Assembly (NCBI GenBank): GCA_977017575.1
Contig: CDRNVI010000012.1
Span: 744,001 to 808,000 of the forward strand
From: Paramoeba atlantica
Lineage: Eukaryota; Protista; Discosea
Length of the DNA stretch: 64,000 nucleotides
Reading direction: 5' to 3'
The notes under the pieces were generated by a model that had not been told where the DNA came from, did not search any database, and saw only the letters and a program-made list of their open reading frames with translations. This document shows, one piece after another, positions 1 through 11,274 of the stretch (the first letter of the stretch is position 1; each line of letters opens with the position of its first letter). Position numbers and translations under genes: made by a program.

Positions 1-250
1 TTTCGCATCCTGTATCAGGCGTTTGTTGTTGAGTTAAGATGGAGGCGGCATTCGCGCACCAGTCATTAGGGACATTCGCAGGAATCGGAGTTGTATATAG
101 CAGATCATTATACGTGCTTGGATGCTTGATGAGGTGTGCGTTTCCAGCAAATTGGTCCCAAGATCCAGGTAGATGTATGGATTCCTCTTGTAGGAATGTA
201 TCGTCGTCCATGAGGGGAAGTGTCTCTTCGTGTGGGCTGATACCAGACAT
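1..250 (-). CDS. 5' part of an ORF directly downstream of an SL relic (MSGISPHEETLPLMDDD...), runs off the window edge; product unknown, possibly retroelement-derived
   Basis: ATG at 250 lies about 45 nt after the SL-like sequence; 83 codons open to position 1 by manual translation. Confidence 0.4.
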   Translation of the reverse strand, partial: MSGISPHEETLPLMDDDTFLQEESIHLPGSWDQFAGNAHLIKHPSTYNDLLYTTPIPANVPNDWCANAASILTQQQTPDTGCE

Positions 251-295
251 TGAGAGTAACCCGTACCTCGGAAAGAGATGAAATAGAAAATAATT

Positions 296-331
296 CAACA
301 AGGTACAGAAACTGTATCTTTATCGTTAAAG
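296..331 (-). other. Spliced-leader-like exon relic CTTTAACGATAAAGATACAGTTTCTGTACCTTGTTG
   Basis: Contains the CAGTTTCTGTACnTTnTTG core typical of kinetoplastid/diplonemid SL exons; the same 36-mer recurs elsewhere in the window; not followed by GT. Confidence 0.75.
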
Positions 332-333
332 TG

Positions 334-3300
334 TTTTTTTTTTTTTTTTTTAGCCCGTGGAGCGCATATATTATATACGCGCCGATTACTATCAAATGTG
401 AGACATGTTCACCTTCCCCCCTTCTCTCAATTTTCAAAGAGAAACTATCCCGAAAATGAAATCTATATATTTTTATAAGCTGACTCAGCTTATAGTGATA
501 TTGTGTTTAGAACTTATATACTATATTCTTGAGTTTGCGTGCAGCCGTCTAAGTATTTCTTTAGCTGCGCATAAATCCCTAATCCATTAAGCTCCTGAAT
601 CGTCAGCTTCATTTCGAGTTCGACCTGTTTCCTGTTTAGCATGGCCGCGTCTGCTAGCGAGTGTACCAAGTTCTGCGTATTGCGGTGCAAAGCGCCTCCT
701 GCCAGTACGGGTAAACATTGAAATGAGTCTTCACGAATTAAGTTCGTACGTACATATGTGTTGGACTTTCGCTGCAGCGCGTCATTCATGAGCTGTGTGC
801 ATTTCTTTCCACGATTAGACATTGAGAGTTCGTGAATAACTGTCAGATCATAGAAGACCGCACCCGTGTTCCAATAGATCACGAGATCGGGGCCAGACCG
901 ACAAAGTTTTTTTCCTGCACAAGTCTTCTGATGTACCAACTGGTTTTCCGGACTGATTGTGGATCGGCAAGCGATGCACTTCCACGTAGAAAAGTTTCTA
1001 GGTTCCGTTTCACATGGGATGCCTGCTTTCACGCATAGACGATGTAAAAATCCGACAAGTGAGTTATGTTTCACGGTCGTATTTATACCTGAACATTGAG
1101 CACAGCCTGGGATATGGGTGAGGGCGTTTCGGTTATTGAGGAGAATACCGCACCCTGGACACAATAGACTGGTAGGTAGATCTGGGTGTTGGGCATTTAG
1201 TCGTGGCATAATCGCGAGTTTGAAGAGATGGGAAGGGATGTACTTCGCGTTGGAAAGGATCCAGTCGCTGTTTCCTTTGAAGGATGTGGCTTGTAGAATG
1301 GGCTTAATGTCGGGATCCGTTTGCAACTCTTTCAATACTTCGACATGATGAATGCTGGTGGAAGTTTTTTTGTCCACTGGTATGACTTTCATTGTCGAGT
1401 TCTTAGGAATAGACGGGTGTGATGGCACCGCGTTGTCGATCCGAGCTGAAAAAGAGTTTCGGCGCTCAAGAACCGAGTAGCGGGATGCCACATATGCCGT
1501 CTCCCTAAGGGGACTGCTCGCTGTCAAACCCATTCCTCCCTTCTTAACGGGTAATCGTACAATTTTCATTTGATCAGGAGAGAGTGGACCAATCCAAGTC
1601 TCTACCACATTTTCAACCTCTTGATCGAATTGTGATGATGCTTTCTCTGTTGTTTCGGGCGGGTGAACACGAATCAGGTATTGTTGACGAACATTGGCAC
1701 ATTTTGCTAAAAGAATCATCGATATATTATTGATGCCCATTCGTTTTAGCCGCCGAAAAGCTGTGACCTGCTTCTCTAGTTGACGCAAAAGTCGTTCACT
1801 TATTGTGTTGTTTTCTCCAATATACGCTCCGAGTACTTTGACCGCTTCGTCCTCCGACTTTACACCTTGGGTGCTCAGCGAATTCGGTATGGAATTTCCG
1901 GATTTTCCTCTGAACCAAACGCATTTTGCCTCGGCTAGTTTCACCTGTTTTTCTTCTAGGAGACCTTGGAGCCTAAAGAATGCTTTCTCCAGTTCGGTTG
2001 AATCTCGAGACACTAACGTTATATCGTCAATGTATGCATTTATTTCAATACCTGGAAATTCGGAGGCCAGTGTCTCGAGTATTGGTTGACAGAATACGCA
2101 AAAGTAAAGACTAGCCAGAGCGGACCCTTGCCGTACACCTGCTGAGCTCATTATAATGTCCGTCAGGCTGCCATCGGAGCCATAAAATAAAAGTTCGGAA
2201 GCATTTGAATATTCGGCCGCAAAGAACCTTTGAAAGGGTTTCAGTGTAGCGAAAGCAAAAACGCACTTTGCAATTTCCTCTCGTGAGGGTGAGTTGAATG
2301 CATTTTGCATATCCACAGTCAGGATTGAGTGTCCGTCAAGCCAGCGGTCCCGCAACTTGTGTACGATTCGTTCGCACCCCGCTTGAGAGAATACGCCTTG
2401 TTGCATTGGTGCAAAGAGGGGTTCTAGTGACTTTTCGTATCTTTGCAGCAGAATTATTCCAGCTAATTTGCTAAATATTTCTCCAATAGCTACTGGGCGT
2501 ACTCCCCCGTTGGGCTTGTCGATGGCTACGAGTCTTGCCCGATTTAGACGCTGTAGAACTTGTCTAGATAGGAATCCGTTGATCAGATCGCTCATCATGT
2601 GGCAAAGGCTATTGCAACATGGCTCGTCGTCTATGAGAAGTCTTACGATGCTGTCGGTCGTACCTGTAGGCCCAGGGCTCACACCTTTTGCCAGTCGTCT
2701 ACTTGCACATCTTAATTCTTGTACGGCTATTCCTGCGATAATCGGTGCATCTTCCGGAACTTTGAAATTGCAGTTTTGTTCTGGATGAAGTGCACGTAGT
2801 TTTTGGACTTTTTCTTGATCAGTCAGCGTGCTCTTCTGAAAAGAACAGTCCAAAATCCTTGAAGCCTTCGATGTACAGTTTTCTAGCACCAAACGAGTGG
2901 CCCGTTTGATTGCTCGCTTGTCCTCATGAAAAAACTCGTCTTCTGGTTGATTGTGTTCAACTGTCTCTTGTTGTATGGGTCTTCGCCGCCGTTGTCTACT
3001 ATTGGCTTGACGCACAGAAGCTAATGAAAGTTTCATTGCAGACAAAACTTTATTCCAAATTTGATTTCTTTGTACGTAGTCGCTTTCTGCATAGATGTGC
3101 ATGATGTCCCTGTATATGGCAATCACACTGGAGATAAAATCAGGACTAATGGTTTTCGCGGTTGGAATTGGGAGATGGTCTACGTCTTCAGCTCCTGTGT
3201 CCAGCTTAAGCGCTCTGGCCTTTTTAACATGTGTTTCTTCGCGGGTCTCAATAGGAAGGTTCTCGTCAATGGCTGGAGGAGCTCTGTACCAACGGATCTG

Positions 3301-4630
3301 ATATACACGGATATTTTCTTGCGGAGGAAGAAAACCTGGAAAACTTTCTTCTGCACGATGGCCGAACAGACCTTTATAGCTCAAATGTAGTTTCGACGCC
3401 CCGGTCCGATTCGCGGATCGTGTTACGGTTCCTTCGGAGATGTTCAAGGCGGTTTGTTTATCGAATGTCCACGCCACTGTGCATTTGGTTCCTTTTTTTA
3501 TTGAAGAACAAGACTTCTGTATGCGCTCGAAAGGAATGGGGAATTCGGTGTCTGGATTTATCGATTTTATGATGCCACCGATGTGGTTGTCTTGTTCCGG
3601 ATTTCCTTCGCTATAAAGTATGCTGATGACTTGATTTGTTGTTTCGGTTGGTTTGTCCTTTTCTTGTGTGTCTGGCGTGATGCAGTCGTAGAACTCGGTG
3701 TTACTTCCATACTCCTTGGTTTTGGGGCCCGGAGTCGTGCTAATTACCTGTATTTCGCTCGATGTGTCAGGTCGGAAACCTTCGTCGCCGTTGGGCGCAA
3801 TTTCGCCGTACTGAATCGGTTCGTTGTTTTGTACGCGTCCGTTTTCCTGGACGTTCTTTGTACTCTTGTTGTGCTCGTTTTCCTTTTGGATGATAGCATC
3901 CTGCAGAACTTTAGCCTTCTTACGGTAACTGTCCATGGCAACGGCCGACGGATTTAACGGTCGTAAAACGAGTTCATCCAGAGTAGTGGGATCTTTTGGT
4001 GGAGGGGTGGCCGCCTGAGCGTACGTTGGTTCCTTGCTCCAGTTCGTAAATGCTGTGTTCCGAGCGGTGTTCGTTCTTATTTTGATGCATCCTTCTGGGT
4101 GACGAATGGTTGGGCTCTCGTCTTGCGACACTTTGTCAGCTCTTGTCTGAAGAAGGTTGAGTTGTTTGTTTCGCCGATTGAAGAAATTTGAAGACAGCAG
4201 TGCGTTCTTAATTGTGACTTTGCAGTCACTTTTCGGCAGTGGGGTCGGCGATCGACGCATCGACGGAGGAGGAGATTGTGGACACTCAGATGGCGTTGAT
4301 GGTGGTGATGGCGGCGGTAGTGGCGGCGGAAGTGGCGGTGAAGTAGGTGACCGCGATGCGGCGGGGACGGGCGATGGAAGAGACGGAGTTTCAGTGGACA
4401 AAGTCGTGGGTGGTGAGGGCGGCGGGGGCGGCGGGGGCGGCGAAGGAGAAGCGCTCGGTTCGGACGGAGCCTCAGGCGGTTTCTCCTCAATTGTTTTCTT
4501 CCTGCGACGGGTCGGAGGTAGAGGCTGTACGACGGGAGCTACTCCCGTTTCTTTCGCCCGGCTCCGCGTGAACATGCCCATGAAAGTGAGAAAGTAATAG
4601 AAAATAAATCAAGCCAAGCGCATGACAAGC
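334..4630 (-). mobile_element. Full-length CRE/SLACS-clade non-LTR retrotransposon with poly(A) tail
   Basis: Single long ORF, 3' UTR with hairpins (TATAAGCTGAGTCAGCTTATA), A-tail at 334-351. Confidence 0.85.
514..4581 (-). CDS. Pro-rich N-terminus + reverse transcriptase + restriction-like endonuclease, 1355 aa
   Basis: RT motifs GVRPVAIGE, DMQNAFN, GVRQGS, AYIDD; C-terminal CPGC..H..C, KHN, RSGPDL..YDLTV. Confidence 0.9.
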   Translation of the reverse strand: MGMFTRSRAKETGVAPVVQPLPPTRRRKKTIEEKPPEAPSEPSASPSPPPPPPPPSPPTTLSTETPSLPSPVPAASRSPTSPPLPPPLPPPSPPSTPSECPQSPPPSMRRSPTPLPKSDCKVTIKNALLSSNFFNRRNKQLNLLQTRADKVSQDESPTIRHPEGCIKIRTNTARNTAFTNWSKEPTYAQAATPPPKDPTTLDELVLRPLNPSAVAMDSYRKKAKVLQDAIIQKENEHNKSTKNVQENGRVQNNEPIQYGEIAPNGDEGFRPDTSSEIQVISTTPGPKTKEYGSNTEFYDCITPDTQEKDKPTETTNQVISILYSEGNPEQDNHIGGIIKSINPDTEFPIPFERIQKSCSSIKKGTKCTVAWTFDKQTALNISEGTVTRSANRTGASKLHLSYKGLFGHRAEESFPGFLPPQENIRVYQIRWYRAPPAIDENLPIETREETHVKKARALKLDTGAEDVDHLPIPTAKTISPDFISSVIAIYRDIMHIYAESDYVQRNQIWNKVLSAMKLSLASVRQANSRQRRRRPIQQETVEHNQPEDEFFHEDKRAIKRATRLVLENCTSKASRILDCSFQKSTLTDQEKVQKLRALHPEQNCNFKVPEDAPIIAGIAVQELRCASRRLAKGVSPGPTGTTDSIVRLLIDDEPCCNSLCHMMSDLINGFLSRQVLQRLNRARLVAIDKPNGGVRPVAIGEIFSKLAGIILLQRYEKSLEPLFAPMQQGVFSQAGCERIVHKLRDRWLDGHSILTVDMQNAFNSPSREEIAKCVFAFATLKPFQRFFAAEYSNASELLFYGSDGSLTDIIMSSAGVRQGSALASLYFCVFCQPILETLASEFPGIEINAYIDDITLVSRDSTELEKAFFRLQGLLEEKQVKLAEAKCVWFRGKSGNSIPNSLSTQGVKSEDEAVKVLGAYIGENNTISERLLRQLEKQVTAFRRLKRMGINNISMILLAKCANVRQQYLIRVHPPETTEKASSQFDQEVENVVETWIGPLSPDQMKIVRLPVKKGGMGLTASSPLRETAYVASRYSVLERRNSFSARIDNAVPSHPSIPKNSTMKVIPVDKKTSTSIHHVEVLKELQTDPDIKPILQATSFKGNSDWILSNAKYIPSHLFKLAIMPRLNAQHPDLPTSLLCPGCGILLNNRNALTHIPGCAQCSGINTTVKHNSLVGFLHRLCVKAGIPCETEPRNFSTWKCIACRSTISPENQLVHQKTCAGKKLCRSGPDLVIYWNTGAVFYDLTVIHELSMSNRGKKCTQLMNDALQRKSNTYVRTNLIREDSFQCLPVLAGGALHRNTQNLVHSLADAAMLNRKQVELEMKLTIQELNGLGIYAQLKKYLDGCTQTQEYSI

Positions 4631-4632
4631 AA

Positions 4633-6211
4633 TTAATAATATATAATAATAATAATATACCACTTTCTGACTAAGTGGCTAAGTGTTCGACTATTATGAC
4701 AAAGAAATGTTGACATTATCCTTCGCTACTCCTAAATGCCGCTTACAACAGGAATGTAGACATGAGGCCTTATCACGGCACTTATGGCCGCATTCGGCCG
4801 TAGAATTTATAACTCTACACGCGGTGGTTGAGGGATTCACTGGTTCACGCACGAGTTCGACTGCTGCCTCGTTCGCTAGTTTGTCCACGAGTTCATTCAT
4901 AAAGTTTCCGCTATGAGCTCGAACTTTCACTACGAAAATCTTGTATTTCTTCAAAATCGAACGGGCCAAGCTGGAAATACGTTCAAGCAAATCTGCATTT
5001 TCCCAGTCTGCGTATTTACCCAACTGATACGGTACACGTACTTTGTGCCAAAAGTTCCAGACGTACTCCGAATCGACATGCACAACGAAGGATTCTTGCT
5101 TACCCTCCCCGATTTGCAGTGCAAGAAAAAATGCGTGAAGCTCTGATCTGATGGATGTGGCGTCCGCCTTTTGCAATGATTGTTTCTTCGAAAAGGCAAC
5201 ATACCCGTTCTGTGCCACAGCTACCGCAGCTCCCGCGACTATTTGGTTGAATTTACGTTGTGATGACCCATCACAATACATGTGCAAGAGTCCATAATCG
5301 GGCCATAACGTCGATCCCTCTTCGAAAAACTGCAAAGATTCCCACTTTTCCATCGCGCTCGCGTTTGAGAGTAAGATTTGTTCTATTTCTCGCTTTTTTA
5401 TTGACACAGGTACGTAACGTGCGGTAGGTTCAAGGTTCTCCCTTAAGCCTTCAACCAGCATACGCCATGCTGTACGATCTTGGGCCTGTTCCCATAAGTG
5501 TTCGATTTCAATGCCCAGGTCCTCCGCGCACGCTTCAGATAGTGATTTTACGCGTGAATTGGGGTCCTTGTTCCACATCATAACGTCATAAAACGGAGTG
5601 TCATGTCTTAGAAGGTGTCCTACAAGTTTGACTCTGCTTACTTTCACTACAGTCGAAAACATCAAGCCTCCTCGATAGAGAGCCTTCGTTGGGATTGATT
5701 TGTGTCCATCCCACAAAGGAGTTCCTGTAGCCAGCCTCCTCATTTTGTTGACTTCTATATCTGCTGATTTAAGCTCTGTTTTACTCGGCGTGAGAGTTGC
5801 GCACCCATATGAAAGGACGGAGCTCACCATCGCATTGAAAATACGAAGACGAAGGATAACGTTTAGACCATTGTTCCATAGTGGTTTCAATCGGTGAAAC
5901 GCCATCCATGCTAGCTTTATTCGGTTTTTCAGCGTTGCCGATGTCGCGTAGGCGCTCATCATGTGCCCTAGGTAGCGGTAGGATTCGACTCGCGGTACAA
6001 GACCCAACTCTGGTAGGATAATACGTCCTTCTTGCTTCCTAGCTGTTCGCCCAACAACCATCCACGCTGTTTTCATTGGACCTACATTTAATTTCATCCC
6101 CGCTTTCCCTGCTTCTTTGATCAATGCTAGAATCATAGCCTCGAGAGTTTCCTTCGTATTGGAAAAGAACACGATGTCGTCGGCGTAGTCAATGTCTGTC
6201 AATTTGATTTC
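4633..6211 (-). mobile_element. 3' half of APE-RT-RNase H LINE (near-identical to 25357..26929)
   Basis: YADD, RNase H CDGS/SELHAF/AHSGN, (TAT)n tail; matches the intact copy. Confidence 0.9.
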
Positions 6212-7003
6212 GAAATCCACGCCGAGGGGCTCCCTGGAAACATATACACTGATAACATATATGAATAAATGAACAACTATGAATAGCTCAATCGTAATTC
6301 AAAATGACACAACATATCATTCATTCATTTCACACGCACAAAGATGGAAAAGAAACAAGCCTGCATAAAACAACACAATCAATGTCACTCTGTTAACGGG
6401 GTTCCCCCCCACCGGAACCCTCGGCCAACCTGCCCACACACACGTCACAATAAACGCAAAATGCCCAATCACGTAGTCAAATATTAATAGATAGAAAATA
6501 TCAAAATATGCAGAGCTCACAAAAGGATAACGATAGCAATAGATGACCAGTCCATTACCACGCCCTTTACAAGCTCACACGAGCTACACAGGTTACGCTT
6601 TCAACCTCTGCCCATATACCAACTTGGGACCTAGAAGTGTGGAGCAACTAGGCGTGGTGTACGGCCGTGTCAACAATGACGCGGTTAAAAACATTAAGGC
6701 GCTAATCGCAGAGTAAAGAAAACTTTACTCACCTTTATCTCACATTGGGGAACCTTGTTTTTTTCGAAAACCAAGGCGTGAGGATAAAGTTTGTCAACCG
6801 ATTAACATCCATAACCTTCCAAAATTATAGGGACAACCTCCAAACCCCAGGACCCCGTCCGCTCTCTTTTTTTTTTTTTTTTTTTTTTTTTTCTTTTTTT
6901 CTTGTCTTTGTTTTTTTTCCTTTTTTTCTTGTCTTTGTTTTTTTTCTTTTTTTCTTGTCTTGTTTTTTTTTTTTTTTTTTTTTGTATTTGGTGATCCTGT
7001 CCC

Positions 7004-7900
7004 CTAGGGTTTTCCTTCAATATGACTGTCTAGCTTACCAATATGATGATGCTGATTATCGCTGTATTTGTCGATGTTGCCTTTATATTTCTCAACCTTC
7101 TCTCTCTCAATCTCCTTCCCGCGACTGACAGCATCCGCCGGGTTCTCATCCGTGGATATGTACGCTGCCTTGACACAAATACCTTTGTCCTCTGTCAGTC
7201 GCAGGACTTCGCGCAATTCCATTGAAACCCCCTCTGACTTGGAGATCCTCCTGTTCAGTGCAGCCTGACAGGAGGTGTTGTCAACAAAAACATCCAAGCA
7301 GGTTCCACGGGGGCAATGCGCGGAAAACTTCTCGAGGGCTAAGCGGACTGCTGCAGCTTCCGCACGGTTCACCTCATACGAGGATGACTCAGGCCACGCC
7401 TCTCCCGTAATCAAAACCTCTCCGCTGTCTAAATACATAATCGCTCCCCACCCTTTCACCGAGGCATCGGTGTAGAGACGATGCTTGTGTGGAACAACAT
7501 CGGGGTGGGGAGGTGGAGACCGTGGAACATTCTCCAACAACTCGTTTCTCCACTCTGCTAGCATGGAGCGAGTGACGACAGGGAGTGCGACCGGACGGTC
7601 ACATAACTTCGGGCAACGGTTCAACAAGTTGATACGCCGTTGCGCCACCTTCAAAGCGAAATAAAATCGCGGCATATTGAGCCGGAGAACTGCGGAGCCA
7701 TAAATGAGGCGCCCCACCACCGCCTCTAGGTCAACAAAGGAAATGTTGAAGAAAGAGTCGGCTCGCAGTTTCCTGATCACTCGCGGTCCCAGGCAGACCG
7801 TATGCGCGTTATGGTCGAACGCCACCCCATTGAACACGTACTGTGCTACAGGGGGCTGACCCCGATCTTTGAAAAGACCGTTCGCCTTGTCGCAACGCTC
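7004..7900 (-). pseudogene. RT C-terminus/DIRS-type RNase H remnant
   Basis: HRLYTDASVKGWGA, VFVDNTS, ENPADAVSR; homologous to 55023..56945. Confidence 0.85.
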
Positions 7901-8312
7901 GAATGAAACTGAGCGTTGCGAATGAAACTGAAATGGGCTGGAGCGCCTCGCCCAATTGAGTGGCGCGCGGGTCCTCGGGGGGCATTCGAAGAATCGCCCT
8001 CAGCAGCTCCTGGCGGCGTCCTCCTGGAGGCTGCGCGGCGTCGGCGGTTACGACGGCAGCGGTTTTGGCGGCGGCGGTCTTGGCGGCGGTGTAAACGGGA
8101 ACGGGAAGCCGGGGTAGAGGACGGATTGGGAGGGAGACGCTTCTGCGCCTTAGACGTAACGGGGAGAGAGGGCGGGGAGGAGGAGTAGTGCCACGCACGC
8201 GTGGCCGTCTTTCGCGCTGGCGGAGAGACGGGGAGGAAACGGGGGTAAGAATATCCACCCGTCGTCGCCTGGGACGACGGGCACGAGCAGTAATTGGGGT
8301 GGGGGGCATTTC

Positions 8313-9716
8313 CTAGTGGAAAGCCCGTGTTGCGCCGTAACGGCTGGCGCCGCCCACCACCCCGCCGCGAAAATCCTGTTGCGGGGTGCGTGTGGTACGG
8401 AACTGCCCCCCCTGCTGTTGGGACGCTTGGGGGCAGTTCGATCGGAGGTGGCCTGGCTGATGACAGCCAAAACAGAAAGGTCCTTGGCTGCGTCGACGAG
8501 GAGCACGCTGCGCAGTCCGGCCCCTCAGTTGCTCGTCAACCACAAGCTGACCGTAGCGGTCCTGAGGGTCGTCGTCACGGTGCAACCGCTGTTGCACACG
8601 CTCGACAGCAACGCCCGCCGCAGCCCAATAATGGTTGCGAAGCTCTTCGATGATGAGAAGGGCTACGGCGAGGTTGTGCTTCTCTAGCCATCCCTCCGTA
8701 TTGCACGCAGCGTACACCCATTCAGTTAACATCTTGAACAGGCGCTCACGCTGCGGCGGAGGGTTGAAGCGTACCCCAAGCTGCGGAGCTTCGCGCAGCT
8801 CACGGATGAGTTCACGTGGCTTGAACAAATCATCCGTGTCGATCCACGGTTGCCGAGTAACCGGATCGTAGGGGGAGAAGCCTTTCGGGTCCGTAATACG
8901 GACGCGTTCAAACGTGGGGATCAGATCTTCAACTGGTTTCCCACCCGGCATCTGCGCCCGAACATGGGCCAGTTCCAAAGAGTGGTAGTTGATCTCGGGA
9001 TGGGGAAAACGATAGGCAGTGTTCTTGTCCCCATCCCACTCGGCGAACAACTCAGTTGAGTTAGGGTCCTTAGGATGCGTCATATGCACCAACCCTATAA
9101 CCGTCTGCCGTAGGCCGTCACGGGGAAGGGACCATACAGCCTCGACGGTGACCTCGTAGTCCTTGCGCAGAAGCTCAATCACTTTCGTGATGAACTCTTC
9201 TTTGCTGGATTGTGTCATGATCCCACGCGCATCACAGCGTGAACGCTGAGGCAACTCGACGTGGTCAATGTCAAGGGCCTCGTAACGGCGCGGCGAGCGA
9301 GAAGCCTCAACCTGGTCGGGGTTAAGGGTTCCTCTTCGTCGCATATGGGGCTCGGGAGCCTCCAGCGGAAAAGGGTACGGGCTAGGGAGGGAGCTCGCAG
9401 GCAAACTGGGAAGGTTGGAAGGGAGAGGGCTAGGCGGTTCGCGGGCGGGGCTGAGTGCTCTTCCTGAAGGGCGTACCTTTCGGCGCGCTGGGACAGGAGT
9501 AGGGGGAATCGGAGGAGGTCGCGCGGATACCTGCGGAGCCGGCTGCGTGGGGAGAGGGGGGAGAGGGGGGCGCACGGGAGGGCACGAAAGGGACTGACGC
9601 TTAGAATGGTCTTGGACGGAGGAGGTCTGAATGGGTGTCGGCGCCCTATTCCGCTTCGGTGATCTATCGCGCTCCTGGCGTGGCTCCGACGGAGCCCGTA
9701 AACGTTGGGATCTCAT
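8313..9716 (-). CDS. Gag-like protein with zinc knuckle (CFGCHQPGHLRSNC)
   Basis: Homologous to 53135..54211 (RELREAPQLGVRFNPPPQRERLF); start taken at MRSQRL. Confidence 0.8.
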   Translation of the reverse strand: MRSQRLRAPSEPRQERDRSPKRNRAPTPIQTSSVQDHSKRQSLSCPPVRPPLPPLPTQPAPQVSARPPPIPPTPVPARRKVRPSGRALSPAREPPSPLPSNLPSLPASSLPSPYPFPLEAPEPHMRRRGTLNPDQVEASRSPRRYEALDIDHVELPQRSRCDARGIMTQSSKEEFITKVIELLRKDYEVTVEAVWSLPRDGLRQTVIGLVHMTHPKDPNSTELFAEWDGDKNTAYRFPHPEINYHSLELAHVRAQMPGGKPVEDLIPTFERVRITDPKGFSPYDPVTRQPWIDTDDLFKPRELIRELREAPQLGVRFNPPPQRERLFKMLTEWVYAACNTEGWLEKHNLAVALLIIEELRNHYWAAAGVAVERVQQRLHRDDDPQDRYGQLVVDEQLRGRTAQRAPRRRSQGPFCFGCHQPGHLRSNCPQASQQQGGQFRTTRTPQQDFRGGVVGGASRYGATRAFH

Positions 9717-9895
9717 ACACAAAACTTTAAACGTAACAAAATAACAACCTAACAAGAATATAACAAACGAGTAAACACCCCCCTCCATGCAATTAGAGAA
9801 TACTACATCATAATTTGAGAAAATTATGTGCCCCGAAGGGCCAGCAGGCAAATATATAGCCGCCCCTCGGCTAAATTTCAAAACGTGAACTATTA

Positions 9896-11119
9896 CTGCA
9901 TACCTCGGCTTTTAGTTCCAATACGTCGAAGTGTGATCCCGAATTCCGAATTCTGCATTGCTCGCTCGAGTATTCTGTCCAGACACATTATAAAAAGAAA
10001 CGGGGCAAGGACATCACCTTGAAGCACTCCAGAGGAGATGTCAAAATGATCTGTTTCCCCGAAATCGACACGGACGTATCCAGAGGGCGCATTGTACGAC
10101 GCAAGAATCATCTGCCTCAGCATTGGCGGCACTGCAAAAGCATCCAGTGCTTTTTTGATGGCGTCATGTGATATCGAGGGAAACGCGCTCTGAAAATCGA
10201 TGAATCCCAAGAAAAGATCATGTGCATGCCGAGATGCCTTTCCGAATACTTCTGTTAGAATCGCTTGTGCACCAACTGTCGATCGAAAGGGTCGGAAGCC
10301 AAACTGTGCATTACGCAGTCTTGGTTCGATTTCTGGTTGTAATCTATTCAAAATCATGTAGTTCACCAATTTGGCTATGTGATTCGTCAAACAGATAGCA
10401 CGCCAGTTTTTCAGCTGAGAGAGATCCCCTTTTTTCGGAATTGGCACATGAAGTATTTCGCGCCACGAGTCCGGCGTATATCCCTTTAAGTACACCGAGT
10501 TGATCAAACGTAATAATGTCCTGGATAACTCGTCGTGCTCGGTTAGCGCGCAGTATGCTTCTATCGGGATATCGTCAGAACCAGTGGCTTTCCTTCGAGC
10601 GATTTGCTTCTGCGCTGCCAACAGCTCCTCGAACAAAAAAGGGTCATCACACATTTTAATACCCTTAACTTGCTCAAAGTCTGTGGACGAGTTTTCTTTC
10701 ACTGGGCAATAGTTTGCTGCAAAGTGCGTTTTCAGCGTTTCAAGCTTATCTTTGACAGACTTTCCTTGTACATGAATAGCTGTCCTTTCATCCCCTATAA
10801 CCTCCTTAACCATCCTCCAGGATCCTCGCGGTCGCTTCTTAAAGTTCTCTAAATTTTGGCACTCCAACTGAACGAGGTCAGTAATTTGCTTTTCATGTTC
10901 TCGCACAAACTTATCGAAACGTTTCCTATTACTTGATAATTTGTATAAAGCTTGCAGATTTACCGGTGCGTCATTACATACTGGAGTGGCAAAACTGAGA
11001 GGAACATCTGTTTTCGGCTGAGACTTGAGACACATTTGCGCCTCCTGGATACTTGTTTTTACTGACAACCATAATTGCTCGACATCCCTGTCTTCTAACT
11101 CACTTTGAGAATGATCAGG
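9896..11119 (-). mobile_element. Internal RT part of the same LINE copy as 4633..6211 (matches about 24133..25356)
   Basis: Near identity to the intact LINE; ends exactly where the other half begins. Confidence 0.9.
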
Positions 11120-11274
11120 ACAAGCAATTAATTGAAGTGCAAAAAGACTCAACCTTAACAAATATCTTGAAGCGCACCAAGGAAGCTAATTTTTTGTTTT
11201 GGGACGTGCAAGACGGGAAGTGCGCCGCGCGCAAATAACACTGTATCGCCTAACGTGCGGTATTTGATCGAAAC

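Larger units (their letters stand above)
6212..9895 (-). mobile_element. Internally deleted VIPER/TATE-like YR retrotransposon (element 1)
   Basis: gag with CCHC, YR N-terminal stub, RT/RNase H C-terminus; ends match the family consensus; precisely splits a LINE. Confidence 0.85.

Noticed and set aside
296-331. SL-like sequences as true SL RNA genes
   Set aside because: None is followed by a GT intron, and upstream and downstream flanks differ between copies.
3583-4597. Numerous short antisense or alternative-frame ORFs over TE genes
   Set aside because: They have no motifs and are not conserved between paralogous families, unlike the -1 frame over YR.
4600-4632. Degenerate SL upstream of the full-length CRE
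   Set aside because: Only CTTG aligns; too weak to call.
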